Shown one piece after another: positions 12,476 to 25,399 of a stretch of 64,000 nt of DNA. Both the position numbers and the translations under genes were made by a program. Where the stretch lies: positions 153,574,001-153,638,000 of the forward strand of contig NC_042997.1 in assembly GCF_006345805.1 (NCBI RefSeq), in the 5' to 3' direction. Under the pieces are notes generated by a model. The model was not told the origin of the DNA. It was given only the letters and a program-made list of their open reading frames with translations, and did not search any database. Each line of letters opens with the position of its first letter. Positions within the stretch are counted from its first letter, which is position 1. The DNA is from Octopus sinensis (taxonomy: Eukaryota).

Positions 12476-14154
12476 CACTTCATATTGAAATTTCACAAAT
12501 TACGTATCTGATTTTCAAATTTGGCCCTTTCTCACGCAGCAAAAGAAATTTATCGAGTTATCATATATTCAGATATCATATCAAAACTGTTGGATATACG
12601 ACAGACATTAATTAGAGAAAACTTTATCTTTCTACTGTAATAGAATAATAGAATTATTCAAGACCATCCGACGATCACCTGCTAGATATTTTGAAATATT
12701 TCAATCAAAATTTCAATTTGTGACAACAAAAACACTATTTTACGTTAACAAGAAAAAAAACTTTTGATTTGCTTGGAGAGTGCAACAATATGAGACGAGG
12801 CTCCCGACTTTTAACCGTTAGGCCTTTTAAAATATTTCAACAAAAATACCGAAGTCTGATGGCAAAAAGAATTAGCTCTGAACGGATACTTCATTTAGAT
12901 TTTATACAGAACAAAATGTTTTTATGAAGATTTCACGACTACCGTTATTCATCGATATTACAAGATTTTCAAATTATTTTAGAGTTTCTGCTACTGTTAT
13001 ATCTTAAAATCCGATGAACTTCGATAAATTTCTCTCGAAATATCTTTCAGTGTTTCTGAAATATATATATATGTTGATGGCATTTTCAGTCAACCCGATA
13101 ACAAACTAAATGGATGCAATAAGCAGATGTATTCAGATAACGTAAATTATTTCATGGACACTTCACAGGGTCAAAACAAGGGTGAAGAATTGACTGTAGG
13201 TAGTTGTTTAACACATTTGTCGTTAATATTTGCTGTTTCTGAAGCAAAAACAATGCAACTGAAACTTAATATAGCATTATTCCAATTAAAATTTTATAGC
13301 GATTATTTTGAAGAAAATGTTTATCCAATTAAAAGAAATATTTAGTGATGTTTATACTCACTTTGAAACTGTATGGAACATTAAACCAAATTACTTAGCG
13401 TTTTCTTTCGTTGCATATTTGACAATTGATATCATTTATATAAATAAGTTTATCTTTAAAAACATCTTAATACCTCATCGTAAAAATGAGTCACTTTGAT
13501 GAAAGAAGATATATCTGATAAAATACAATTTTCTCCAAATTATTTATATGCCAGGCGGATGATTTGAATGAATAAATATTATGTCACTTTTCATCTTAAG
13601 AGGTGGGAAGTATTTAATGATTTCTAAATTTAAGAGAGTATCCAAGCTATTAAATATATATAAATTCGTATCAGCAATAATCTTCCGATATAAATCTTTA
13701 AATAATTCAAATGGACGTTTTTTAAGCTATCTAATTTCGTAAAGCATTAATATGACATGTTCCAAAGTGACCACCATTTCGATATAACCCGAATTGTAAA
13801 TTATTAGATTTACATAATATATGTAAAATATAAAGACCATTCTCACAAATTTCTCAGTTTCCTATCGCTACAACATAAAATTTAGCATCACTCTTTTTCA
13901 TCCTTAGATCATGATCAATGTTCCGCAAGGATGCTGCATGCATACTTATTCTGAGTCAATTATTGAAATATAATTCCTTGCAAAAGCCGATATCAAACTG
14001 AGTAGATTTATCAAAAAGCATTATTAATTCTATTATCAGGCTCTTTAAAATGTTAAACATATTTTTTTTTATTTAATTCTTTTATCTTTCTTCTGATTAA
14101 CTTCTCATCTTTTCAATTGAATTATTTCAAAGCATTTTAGTTTACACTATATTT

Positions 14155-14573
14155 CTCACTGGTGATAAAAATTGGATTGTCTACAATAACATCAATCGAA
14201 AACGATCATGGTCCAAGCGTAATGAACCAGCAGAAACCATATTGAAAGCTGAATTGCATCACAAAATGGTCATGCGTCAATTTGGTGGAATTACAAAGGT
14301 GTTGTGTATTTTGAGCTGCTTCTAAGGAACCAAATAATCAATTCAGATGTATTCAGATGTTTACTGTCAACAACTGATAGAATTAGATGAAGCAATCAAA
14401 GAAAAACGACCAGAATTGGCAAATCTTAAAGGAATTGTGTTCAACACACGTCTTTGCTAATACGTGAAAAATGATTGGAGCTTGGTTGGGAAGTGATGTC
14501 ACATCAACCATATAGCCGTGACCTTGCACCATCAGATTACTATTTATCTCGAAATTTGCAAAGTTCTTTGAAC
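14155..14573 (+). mobile_element. Decayed mariner transposase catalytic region
   Basis: Across frameshifts it reads TGDKNWIVYNN..RKRSW...WWNYKGVVYFELL...INSDVYCQQL...LGWEVMSHQPYSRDLAPSDYYL, variants of the mariner TGDEKW and YSPDLAPSDY motifs. Confidence 0.9.
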
Positions 14574-15221
14574 TGCCCGCGGCAGGTCATAATTAATATC
14601 AATATAATAAAAACTAACGCGGAAACTGTGACACTACCATACATTTTATTTTGGAATGTCTTTTAAGCGCAAATTAAAAAAAAATTTTTTTTTTAATAAT
14701 TTATATTGGATTAAATATCAGATAATTTTTACTTTTAATAGTTCTAAATGTATTGTTTTCGAAATTGTATTGTTTCTTTTAGAATTTGCATTTAAAATTA
14801 TTTCATTTATAAAATTTTTTTTATAGAATGGCGATTTTCAAAAAATCGAAATTTAGATTTTTACGTTCTTTATTTTATGTAGATCTTTGCAAACGAATCA
14901 CAATTTCTTTCAAGCATAATAATACCTATTTTTTAATGACAAAAATATTTTTGCAAATTCAAGACATTTGCTATGCTGATCGATGTTTGGAAGAATGCTT
15001 GCAAATACTCCACCCCACTCCAACATTTTTCCATAAGTGCCAAGTAATAATATTGTTTAAACCATGTAGCGACCCACTACATACCGTAGTCAGCTCAGCT
15101 TTTTCCAATGAAGACGGGAGCGTTTCACGTCGCCTTGGAATAGCTGAAACTGACATGTCAGCAACTTTTCGATTTTCGCATTCATTCGTTCCCCTCTCTT
15201 TTCTTACAATGATAATAAATT

Positions 15222-15305
15222 ATTACCTCCGCCAACGAAGGAGGTTCTGTTTCCATTGCCGTTAGTTTGTCTGTCCCTGTGTGCAAAATAACTCAAAAGG
15301 CCATT
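15222..15305 (+). mobile_element. Possible Helentron/DINE-1-like non-autonomous element head
   Basis: ttattacctccgccaacgaaggaggttctgttt...tttgtctgtcc...gcaaaataactcaaaa resembles the generic head of such elements. Recognised from memory only. Confidence 0.4.
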
Positions 15306-15414
15306 AAATCCAACCATCACCTCACCGCGGTATGTGGGTGTAAACTGTATGATAACGAGCTAACGATGGTACTGGTACTTGCTTTTTCTTGATGAAAATT
15401 TTAAAAGGGAAGAA

Positions 15415-16863
15415 ATTTTATGGGGAAAAATTTCTTGAAAAACAAAAAAGAATTCAAAATGTTCTATTGAAAAAATATCAACCAATATTAAACTTTAAAA
15501 AGAAAGAAACAAGTAGGTATTTCTTTTTTAAAAAATTACTAATATTCATTAAAAGTATTTCTTAAAAAAAATTACTAAAACGCATTTTGTTGCACTTTTT
15601 ATAAAATCATTTATAATTTTAATCTTAAATACATACAAAACTAATGAATATTTTAATGCAGAAAAAGATGGTAAGTGACTACTGTTACAACAAAATGACA
15701 AAAATATTTGATCAAACAAAGATTAAGAATTGCAATAATGTATAGAAACTATCGAGCAGAAAAAAAGATTTTTAATTGCAAATTATTGACAGTAATAAAA
15801 AATATTTATTATTTTTTATTTCATTTATATTATAATTGATTCATTTAAATCTTTGTAACTATTTCAATTTATTATTTCAATTTTGAAAGTTGCAGCGCAA
15901 TATTATTATCAAAAAATTAGATCATTATAATTAAAATAATAATTAACTTAAAGATATAATTAAAATTAGAAAGTAGTAATAACGTATCAGTAATAATATA
16001 GATACAACATAAATTGATTGGGCAGAAAGGTAAAGTTAAACGGTCTAAAATCACTTAAATTTACCGAAAATGAGTGAGCTGTCCATTTTTAGTTCAATTT
16101 ATATAACATATATTACATAAAGTAAACTAAAAGTTAATGAAATAAAATAGGCTTGTATGGTTTAATTGCATAAAAAATAAGTGTACATATTGCTATTTTT
16201 TATATGCATATATATGTAGATCAAATCAGTTTGAAAAGGAAGCAGCCCACTCAAAGGTGACTTGTGCAAGTCTTCATATAAACTCACTTCACTCCTCTGC
16301 TCCTTATTTCAAAATATACATTTATAATCACAATCATTACAAAAAATAAAGTTTATCTAATTTTGAAGTAAACAGTAGAATTTGCTTAATTAAAAATAGT
16401 AAAAAAATAATTATTCAAAGAAAAGTAATAATAAATTATGACTTAGCTGAAATGTCTAAGTGGTTAAAATTAGGCTAATTCAACCTATATACTGTATGTA
16501 TATTCTGCAAACTTTTTTCATTATATTCGATGTGATTTGATATAAGCGATTGACTATTGGCAATGACCCAGTCTACTGGCAATTTCTTGACCAAATTCAG
16601 TCTCTTTAATTTTAATGAGTATAGTAGTGTGTAGCATAGTATGTAGATACATTATAAGCTAGAAGTGAAAAATTTTTTAAAAGTGCAACAAAATGCGTTT
16701 TGGTAAATTTTTTTAAGAAATACTTATAATGAATATTAGTAATTTTTTTTAAAGAAATACTTGTTTCTTTTTAAAGTTTAATATTGGTTGATATTTTTTT
16801 CAGTAGAGTATTTTGTTGAATTTTTTTTTGTTTTGTTTTTCAAGAAATTTTTTCCCATAAAAT
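15415..16863. mobile_element. ~1.45-kb AT-rich element with ~190-bp terminal inverted repeats
   Basis: About 15415-15605 is the reverse complement of about 16672-16863 (e.g. aaaacgcattttgttgcacttttt / aaaagtgcaacaaaatgcgtttt). No coding content was seen inside. Confidence 0.85.
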
Positions 16864-16945
16864 ATTAATACTTGACTAAAACTGAGTGCTCTGAAAAAAG
16901 ATTATAACCCATGCATGCCTCATGTACTATTTTTCTGTGTTTAAC

Positions 16946-17754
16946 AATTATTGGGGCTAATATAGTTTCGCACCTCTCCTTGAAAAATACATTTTTTAAA
17001 AAAACTTTTTCGGATTCCTACGTTTTAGATATCAGAGATTACGAATATGAATTTTTTTATTTCACCCCCACCCCTACACCATTTAATTTTTTGATTTTGT
17101 TTACTTTAACGAAATTGTAGCGAATTGATGAACATATGCAAATCAAAATTAAATCCATACAAAAACAATAAATTGAAAAGAATTTGCGTTTGCCTTAAAT
17201 AATCGTAAACAGTAATTAGATGTAAATTTTATGAGAAACAAACATTGATGTTTAATAATTAATTTTATAAATGTTTAATAATTAATTTTATAAAGTTTAA
17301 TAAAGGGCTCAAATTTCACCCCCTCCCCAAATTTTAAATATTGAAATTTTTCATCCATATATTTTTTATCTGTCTATCCCTGTCCGTTTATTCATAAAAT
17401 ATATTTGTCAACTAAATGCAGCGGTCCTGCAGAAGACGGTATTACTGTTGTTTTTAGCTCCAGGAAGATATTCATATCTATCTATCTCTTTATACACATA
17501 TCTATATGCTTATTAAATTTAAAATTTTGAAAACGTGGTTTCCTGCATATTCGGAATATCCGTCATTAAAAACTTAGAGAAAAAAATTTCGAAAGGTTTC
17601 AAAATTGTAAGAGGTAAGGGTGGTAGTGCAAGTGGTTAAAATGTTTTTGCATATTCGTAATCTCCGACATTTAAATGTAGGGCTCCGAAAATTATTTTTG
17701 GAAAAAATGCATTTTTCAAGGAGAGGTGCGAAACTGCGTTACCCACCAATTATT
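16946..17754. mobile_element. ~0.8-kb element with ~130-bp inverted termini, ending ~40 nt before the TM4 exon
   Basis: gtttcgcacctctccttgaaaaat...gagattacgaatatg (about 16965-17048) is inverted at catattcgtaatctc...ttttcaaggagaggtgcgaaac (about 17650-17734). Confidence 0.8.
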
Positions 17755-17796
17755 TTATTATAATGTTCACTCCAAAGACATATTCTAATTATACAG

Positions 17797-17857
17797 GGGC
17801 GTCTATAACGTTTGTACTAGCGTGGGTCATTGTTCGCATCACGAAGGAAAACACACT
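17797..17857 (+). CDS. Class B1 GPCR exon: TM4-ECL2 start
   Basis: ctaattatacAG|gg gcg...aca ct|GTGAGT. Translates (G)ASITFVLAWVIVRITKENT(L). 61 nt, phase 1 to 2, exactly bridging the flanking exons. Confidence 0.93.
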
Positions 17858-17980
17858 GTGAGTATTGCCTTTCGTACATTAAGTGTGAATATTTCTGTTT
17901 CTGAAGTGTTAACATTTGGATGATTAAATACTAAATGATATCCGATATGAAATCTTATGTTTCTTGTCTTTACTTCAAGA

Positions 17981-18012
<32 letters not shown>

Positions 18013-18014
18013 CG

Positions 18015-18170
18015 TGTGTTACACAAGGATGTGCCTCAACCGCGTAGGTTCGGGTTCAGTCGAACTACACGACACCTTACGCAAGCGCTTTTTACTATAG
18101 CTACGGGCCGACTAATACCTTGGGAAGAAATTTGTTAGCGGAAACTGTGTGGAAGCCCATTATGTGTGTG
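18015..18170 (+). mobile_element. SINE family 1 head fragment
   Basis: ggttcgggttcagtccg...caagcgctttttactatagc...gcggaaactgtgtggaagccc. Confidence 0.7.
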
Positions 18171-18388
18171 CATGTAATGTGTTTGTATATGTATACATGT
18201 ATGTCTGTACGTGTATATGTTTTCTGCCTTGTTCCCACTACTTGACAACTACAGGTTTGTTTATGCCGCCCACAATTTATCGGTTTGGGCAAAAAGACAT
18301 CGATAGAATGAGTGCCAGACTTAATATAGGTACCTGGCTCGATTTTTTCCACAAAACTCTTCAAGGCAGTGGTACAGCAACGGTGGGA

Positions 18389-18960
18389 GGCGCAATGGCC
18401 CAGTGGTTAGGGCAGCGGACTCGCGGTCGTAAGAAGGCAGTTTCGATTCCCGGACCGGGCATTGTAAAGTGTTTATTGAGCAAAACACCTAAACTCCCCG
18501 AGGCTCCGGCGGGGCGGGGGACCCCAGTGTACTCTTTCATCCCCCACTTTATCTCACTCTTTTTTCCTACTTCTGCCACAAAGTAGAGGAACCATGGCGT
18601 AACCCACTATGGTGTGGTAAACTTTCACACCCTAGTCTAGATTGCGAATCCTCTGTACCCCAGGATGGTTCAGCTCTCCACCCGTTAAAAAGCCACCGTT
18701 TACGGAATGAGGTTAACAACGTAACTTTCGCGCCCGTGCAACCGCCAATCTATCGTGTGTGGTGGGTGGATCTTCAAGTTGCCACACGCACTCTTAGTAG
18801 CTTAGAGTAGGCTCGAATTAAAGATTATTCTTTGTGGCTAATGGAGTGCGTCCTGATTGGAAGAAGAAGACAGCAACGTCGCAAATCAATGACAAGGATG
18901 GGTTTTAACCACGTTGAAACATAAAAGAATAAAGAAACCTAAAAGACATTAAAAAATAAT
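18389..18960 (+). mobile_element. tRNA-derived SINE family 3 (~570 bp, GC-rich)
   Basis: A box TGGCCCAGTGG (18396-18406), B box GTTTCGATTCC (18440-18450), then a ttgagcaaaacacctaaactcc central motif, a long body and an A-rich tail. Confidence 0.8.
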
Positions 18961-20051
18961 AATCTGTATGTGAGTTTGTGTGTGCATGTGTGTGTGTGTG
19001 TGCGCGCGCGCACGCGCATATCAGAAAAATAACGAGAACATAATGTTAATGATATTTTGATATGTTCATTTATTTGTTCTTTTCAATAATGTATATACAA
19101 GTGTACCCTTGTGCAACGCATGTACATCCATCACTTATTCAAGCAGCATCCATCAATTCTTCAAGAAATAGGGTCAATAGAGAAATATTAAAAATATATA
19201 TTCACAATTTCGATCTTATAAAGAAAGAAAATAATGAAGAAATAAAAATTGAAGAACAAAAATATGAAAGCCAGTAGGTAGAAGATTTACAAAACGCTAT
19301 CAGAGATAACATATCTCAGGTTATATGACAATTGCGGATTTTTAGAACATATGTCAGTAGCATCAAGAAAAAAAGAAAAGTAAGAGATATAACATGAAAG
19401 AAACGAAAGATAAGGAGATAATAAACCCGACAGGCCGTCGACCACTTCAGAAAACAAGGAAACAAATACACGTGTACGTGTATACAAGTACATAAAATAA
19501 AATAAACCTAGACTTCATGGCTCTAATTTAAATTATTTATGCTTACACAGCACATTGTATCGTTACGTGTGTGTGCGCGCGTTCGTGTGTGCGTGTACGT
19601 GAAGAGTTGCATTGTTTAGACATAATAATTACATTATTAGTAATGATAGTGTAACGTTAATTCCATATGTTAATTACACACTATTTAGTAATAGTATTAT
19701 TAAATCTTATAATACTATTCCACTTCCCCCAGATATTGTAGATATTTATCTAGATAAACTTCTGCAGGTTCACTTTGCTCAACTCTGTTGTGACTACCAC
19801 CAGAACCTGCAAGCATGCAGAAATAAAGTGAAAAATGGCGAAAATATAAAGTGTCCAATTTAAGATGTTGCAACTCATACAATTCATTACTTTATATTAA
19901 AGTGTAAAATATGGACCTAAGTGAGTTGAAAACCTGGAGAAAGAAATCTTTCACCCGCTTACATACGTATCATGAGTCTACTCGAACAGAGCTGGACTGA
20001 AGTTGCACAACAATCTCTCGACGTTATATTTCATTTAAATACAGTCACTTA

Positions 20052-20345
20052 TTGATATGTGATGACTACATTGTCTTTCCTTTTGGTGCATCCCCTCATG
20101 GTAATGTCGCACAGCAAATGAAAGGTACCGATTGCTCTGACAGGTTTATTGTCGAGCCTGCGACAGTGGAAACCACTAGCGTTCTCGGCCCTCGGACTTT
20201 ACCCGTGCTCACTACTATCAAGGCGAAGAGGGCTATCCGCAAGTGCGAACCCCGGGAGTCAGAGTGGCTATTTCGGCGCATCTTCTTCGCCATCCTCCGG
20301 AGCAACGCTTTTTCCATTTTGTCTTCTGGGACCATGAAGTAATCT
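20052..20345 (+). mobile_element. Probable 3' end of a CRE-clade non-LTR retrotransposon (restriction-like endonuclease C-terminus)
   Basis: Reads FIVEPATVETTSVLGPRTLPVLTTIKAKRAIRKCEPRESEWLFRRIFFAILRSNAFSILSSG. This fits the CRE REL pattern FxPxAxETxGxxGPxxxxFLxxIxxR...EPRExxxLFQRxSxAIxRGNAxxIL. The segment is a GC-rich island in AT-rich intron. Confidence 0.6.
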
Positions 20346-20781
20346 GAATTACATGAAATTGTACCTTCCATTCCTTAATGTAAAGTTATTCCATATAAGT
20401 GAAGTAAACCCACAGTACAGCTTTGGTTATCTTGTATCAACTATAAAGTCATGTTCAGCATTATGTGAGCCATGTCAGATAGCGATCCTTACAAAGACCG
20501 GTTTCTAAAGTTAAATCATCGCTTTCACTAGATTTCTTCCTATACTCAATCCTGGGATACATTTAGACAAGTTATTGGACTTTAAATCATATCTTATATT
20601 CACATTCTATTTTAGTTTAGACAATGTTCATCAAATAGCTTCATGCAATGATTTGCTGATGTTTCTTTAAACATGCGTTTTATGTATTTCATGAATATGC
20701 ATTGTAGTTCATATTATATTGTTACATGCGTTCGCAGATGTGTTAAGAAAATGAGTATATTAAATGCATTACTTCTTTCAG

Positions 20782-20851
20782 ATGTTGGAATACTAATCCG
20801 ACGCCAGCTTATTTCTGGATAATGCGTGGACCAATCCTACTGTCCACCGTC
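20782..20851 (+). CDS. Class B1 GPCR exon: ECL2 CW motif-first half of TM5
   Basis: acttctttcAG|a tgt tgg...acc gtc|GTAAGT. Translates CWNTNPTPAYFWIMRGPILLSTV. 70 nt, phase 2 to 0. Confidence 0.96.
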
Positions 20852-21144
20852 GTAAGTCCTATTTTTCATGGTACTTCAAATGAAAACTGCAACTCCTTCA
20901 TAATATGTACACATACAGGGTTGACCAAAAGTCATCTAACAGTAAATCAAAACCATTAATTCCAAGATTCGTTTGTTTAACAACTGAATGAATTTAATAA
21001 AATCATGTAAATATGAAATGTCATGAAAATTGTTCAAACTGAAGTCCTTCTTGAGCGACACATTTTCCATTCGAGTCAATACAGAATTATAGATAGTATA
21101 TATGGAATTTTGATTAACTGTCGGGTGACTTCTGGCCAGCCCTT

Positions 21145-21202
<58 letters not shown>

Positions 21203-21369
21203 TCACACACACACACACATCTGTTGTGTTCTTACACAATGTTTGTGCGTCCGTGGTTCTTCGTGTATATATGTGTCAATGCTAACATAGACTCACATAT
21301 AAATGATTATTTACATTGGTGTGTATTTACGTAAATACATAACTGACTTTGAGCTGGAAATATACATAT

Positions 21370-21570
21370 GTGTGTGTCCAACCACCGCTTGACAACCGGT
21401 ATGGCTTATATTCACATAACTTAGCGGTTCGGCATAAGTGATTGATAGAATAAGAGCTTGACTTTAAAAAATTAAGTACAGGGGCCGATTTGCTTGACTA
21501 AAAGCTCTTCAAAGTGGTTCCCCAGCATGGCCGCAGTCCAGTGACTGAAGCAAGTAAAAGATAAAAGATG
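21370..21570 (+). mobile_element. SINE family 1, 3' half
   Basis: ccaccgcttgacaaccgg...aacttagcggttcggc...ccccagcatggccgcagtccagtgactgaagcaagtaaaagataaaaga. Confidence 0.85.
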
Positions 21571-21674
21571 ACAACCAGAGTTGACATTTGACCAAGATAT
21601 GAACTTTTGCATTTTGCGCTCTAAGCACTTTATGAAAAAACGCATAAACAGCAGTGTGTCTCATAAAACACATT

Positions 21675-21678
<4 letters not shown>

Positions 21679-21758
<80 letters not shown>

Positions 21759-21783
21759 TTTCTCTATCTCTCTCTCTCTCTCT
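21679..21783. repeat. (TC)n microsatellite
   Basis: Directly visible. A similar tract lies at about 52570-52672. Confidence 0.97.
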
Positions 21784-22719
21784 TTCAGATTTGACTTAAA
21801 TTTCAAATCTCTCTGAATTAAAGTATGTTTTTTGACATCAGTAACTGAAAAAGATGTTAGTGAGAAACACAGCTGGTTGAATCAATGTAATATCAAACAC
21901 TCAGCAGAAGTGTTAGTGGTTCGTTTCCTGTCATCAGCAGCGCAATGTATCCGTGGAATAACGCATCACAGAACAGTATAGCTCACCGCTGTAAGCAGGG
22001 GGAACACTGTAAAATTGACAAATGTTTCGTTAGCTTGCAGTGTTGAGTTCAACTCCTTACATGGGTTCAGCTTGGAGAGACATAATTTCTGATAAGCTTA
22101 TTAACCTTATATATACAACGCGAAGATAAGGTGTTGCTTGGTACACCTTCTGTCCATTGGATTACAAAACACATCAGATCGCAGGCCAACCTACTGACAA
22201 ATAACATCCTTTGTATGTAGTAGTAGCTCTGTAACAAAAGCTAATTATTTTTTAAAGTGTCATCTTCTATCAGGTTTTAATGGTTCAATCTACAGGATAT
22301 GATGTTGTTTGATAGAAAATTAATTTAACTTTATTTAAAGAATATATTATTTTTTGATACTTCATGCTTCCGAAAAATTTATTTAATACGTATCTTCTGC
22401 ATCAAGAAACTAGTTTCTTATAGAACGCGTTAATACAATTTCAATTATTCCTTTAGTAAATTACTATTACTTTGATAATTGTTTATATAATCAGTTTCTG
22501 TATGCTTCATAGCAACCAAGAAAGTAATATTGAAATGCGAAAGCCTTCAGCTAAATAATTTTCTTTTTAATTAACTTGTATATTTTCTTTACATCTAGGA
22601 AATGAAATATACAACAGTATAATTAAATATATAATAGTTTCAGCTTCCAAACTTAGTTCTTTACTAGGGCCCCAAGGTTATAGAAGTCATGGAACCATAA
22701 TCCGATGCAGCGGATATAT

Positions 22720-23055
22720 AATTGTTAAACAGGACGTCAAACATTAAGGCAAGGCAAACAACTCAAGTCATATACAATTGGGGTAAAGATCATTTGTTTT
22801 GCTAAGTAATTTTAGGAGAAAAGTTTTCCGAGATGGAATGGGTATATCCTTTAGAGAGATGCTGAGGAATTGTTTGTCCATGGTGAGCAGTACCTATATT
22901 GAGTGCTCTGCTTGGCAATTTATACTAAGTATGGGGGTTTAGTTCACAGGTGATCTAAACGATTAGGTACGCTAGGTAAGTGCTATAAGGGATTTTTAGA
23001 GCTCCATGTTTATATCCGAGACGGTTGTTATGGAGCCATTGCAGATTTCCTGTTT
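22720..23055 (-). mobile_element. PLE ORF N-terminal fragment joined to PLE-type terminus
   Basis: Minus strand reads MDKQFLSISLKDIPIPSRKTFLLKLLSKTNDL (about 22880-22790), like the SLKxIPIPS N-terminus of some PLE ORFs. The adjacent 22725-22785 matches 7690-7750. Confidence 0.55.
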
Positions 23056-23139
23056 AAAAATTATATATATATTATTATATATATTATTTTTGTTTGTTAT
23101 GTATCTCTCTCTCTCATATATGTATGTGTGTATGTATGC

Positions 23140-23202
<63 letters not shown>

Positions 23203-23225
23203 TATATACATATATATATACATAC

Positions 23226-23278
<53 letters not shown>

Positions 23279-23326
23279 CATATATATATACATATATACA
23301 TATATATTATACAATATATATAATAC

Positions 23327-23357
<31 letters not shown>

Positions 23358-23379
23358 CATATATTATATATATACATAT

Positions 23380-23590
23380 TTTATTATATAGAAGGAGCTT
23401 CTACAGGACTAGAACTGTTTCATTCAAGAGAAATCTTCAGGAAGCTCAGTGCTTCCTGAAGATTTCTCTTGAATGAAACAGTTCTAGTCCTGTAGAAGCT
23501 CCTTCTATATAATAAATTAATTTTACTCTACTATGTATTGAGTACCTTATTTACTGTGGTTAACCCCGAATCAACCCGGGACCTACATAT
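23380..23590. mobile_element. Foldback mini-element family B (perfect hairpin 23380-23516 plus unique flank) embedded in (TA)n
   Basis: Two ~66-bp arms surround a tcagt loop. The flank to 23590 matches 44755-44825 in the opposite orientation. Confidence 0.92.
23451..23499 (+). ncRNA. Type I hammerhead ribozyme, canonical core (mirror copy on - strand at 23397-23445)
   Basis: GCTTC (stem I), CTGAAGA, tttc-tctt-gaat (stem II), GAA, ACAG-ttctagtc-CTGT (stem III), A (GUA site), GAAGC (stem I'). Confidence 0.85.
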
Positions 23591-23596
23591 ATATAC

Positions 23597-23750
<154 letters not shown>

Positions 23751-24830
23751 AAGTCAGCAGTGGTGTCCCACAAGGCACTGTGTTGGGCCCACTTCTCTTC
23801 ATCATCTACATAAATGATATTACTGACACCATCAAACACAGCAACATCAGAACCTTCGCTGATGATTCCAAGCTCCAGAAGGTCATCAATGGCGTGGATG
23901 ACCGAATAAACCTTCAGTCAGACCTACTGGCTGTTGTCCAATGGGCGGAAAAGAATAACATGTTGCTAAATGAAGACAAATTCGAACTGATCCACTTTGG
24001 AAGGGAGGACGCTCTGAAACTCCCATACTCTCTTCCTTCTGGAGAAATTCTCATGGCATCCAACAACATCAGAGACCTGGGAGTAACAGTGGACAACAAC
24101 ATAAGCTGGGCTACACATATAAGCAGCAAAGTTGACATGGCCCGCAGAATGTGTTCCTGGATTCTCAGAACCTTCCAGTCGAGAGATTCCCACGCTATTA
24201 TCCTTCTCTTCTCCACTTTTGCCCGACCCCACCTTGAATACTGCTGTCCACTGTGGTCTCCCTACACAAAACAAAATATTATGAGAATTGAAGCTCCCCA
24301 AAGGTCAATCACAAAAAAGATAGATGGCATGTCAGACCTTGACTACTGGGATAGACTAGAGAAGCTGAAATTGTATTCACTCCAACGACGCCGTGAACGC
24401 TACATTATCTGTATGATGTGGAAAATATTCCATCAGCACTGTCCGAATGATGTTGGCATCACCTTCAAAATGCATCCAAGGCTTGGACCACGTGCCATCC
24501 GTCCACAACAAAAATCTAAATCGCATCACATAACGACAATACGGCACAACTATTTCACCTCAATTGGACCCGCTCTCTTCAACATTACACCAGGACACGT
24601 CAAAAAAGAAACTGACCACACAAAATTCAAGAAGTCTTTGGACAAATTCCTTCAAACAGTACCGGACAAACCACCCACACCCGGATATGTCTCTGCAAAC
24701 AATAACTCTCTGCTCGAATGGGCCTTGGTGCCCAAATCCTGAACTGAAAGACTTCGCCAGGTGGTGCTATTAAGTTAGACATGGCCTGGGCCAATACTGG
24801 CCAAAAACCTTTCTAAGTTATTCTAAGTTA
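23751..24830 (+). mobile_element. 5'-truncated CR1-type LINE with open RT C-terminal ORF (23780-24742)
   Basis: Reads [20 protein letters not shown]...TFADDSKL...RDLGV...[13 protein letters not shown]...SLQRRRER. No stops over about 320 codons. It ends in a short ttctaagtta tandem tail and is inserted in (TA)n. Confidence 0.95.
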
Positions 24831-24856
24831 TATATATACATGCATGCATGCATACA

Positions 24857-24888
<32 letters not shown>

Positions 24889-24910
24889 CATACATACATA
24901 CATACATACA

Positions 24911-24943
<33 letters not shown>

Positions 24944-25399
24944 GAGAGAGAGAGAGACATAACAAACAAAAATAATGGAGTTACCAAATTCTTTTACTGC
25001 ATCAATCTACAATTGTTTCATCTAAATTCGAACCCATGACTATTCCTATATTATGAAATAATATATACAACTATTGATTCATGCAGTATCATTGCAAAGA
25101 CACATACCGAGTTTGACTCTTCAGAATTATGTATAAAACTGGTTTGCTGTAGATACTTAAATTATCAATAATTTATACTCATATCATGTTGAGCGTTTTT
25201 ACATGATTACATTTGCATAATACAAGCAATGCAAAAGAAAATTAGCCGCTGTTTTGAATAAACGGTCAAGAAGAAGGATAAATAGAAAAAGAAAGGGAAA
25301 AGGGTTAGGAAACAGAGCAAAATGTTTAAATAAACTTATTAGACAACACCGAAATAGTACAAAATGGACTACAAATGTGAAAACAGAACAACATTTCGA

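Noticed and set aside
18389-18460. tRNA-like sequence as a real tRNA gene
   Set aside because: The anticodon arm does not pair cleanly and the sequence continues into a SINE body, so it is a SINE head.
23380-23516. Perfect palindromes as pure sequencing or assembly artefacts
   Set aside because: They recur with family-specific flanks, copies differ in loop and symmetry, and some arms show mismatches (44451-44598), as expected of real aged insertions. Long-read confirmation is still needed.
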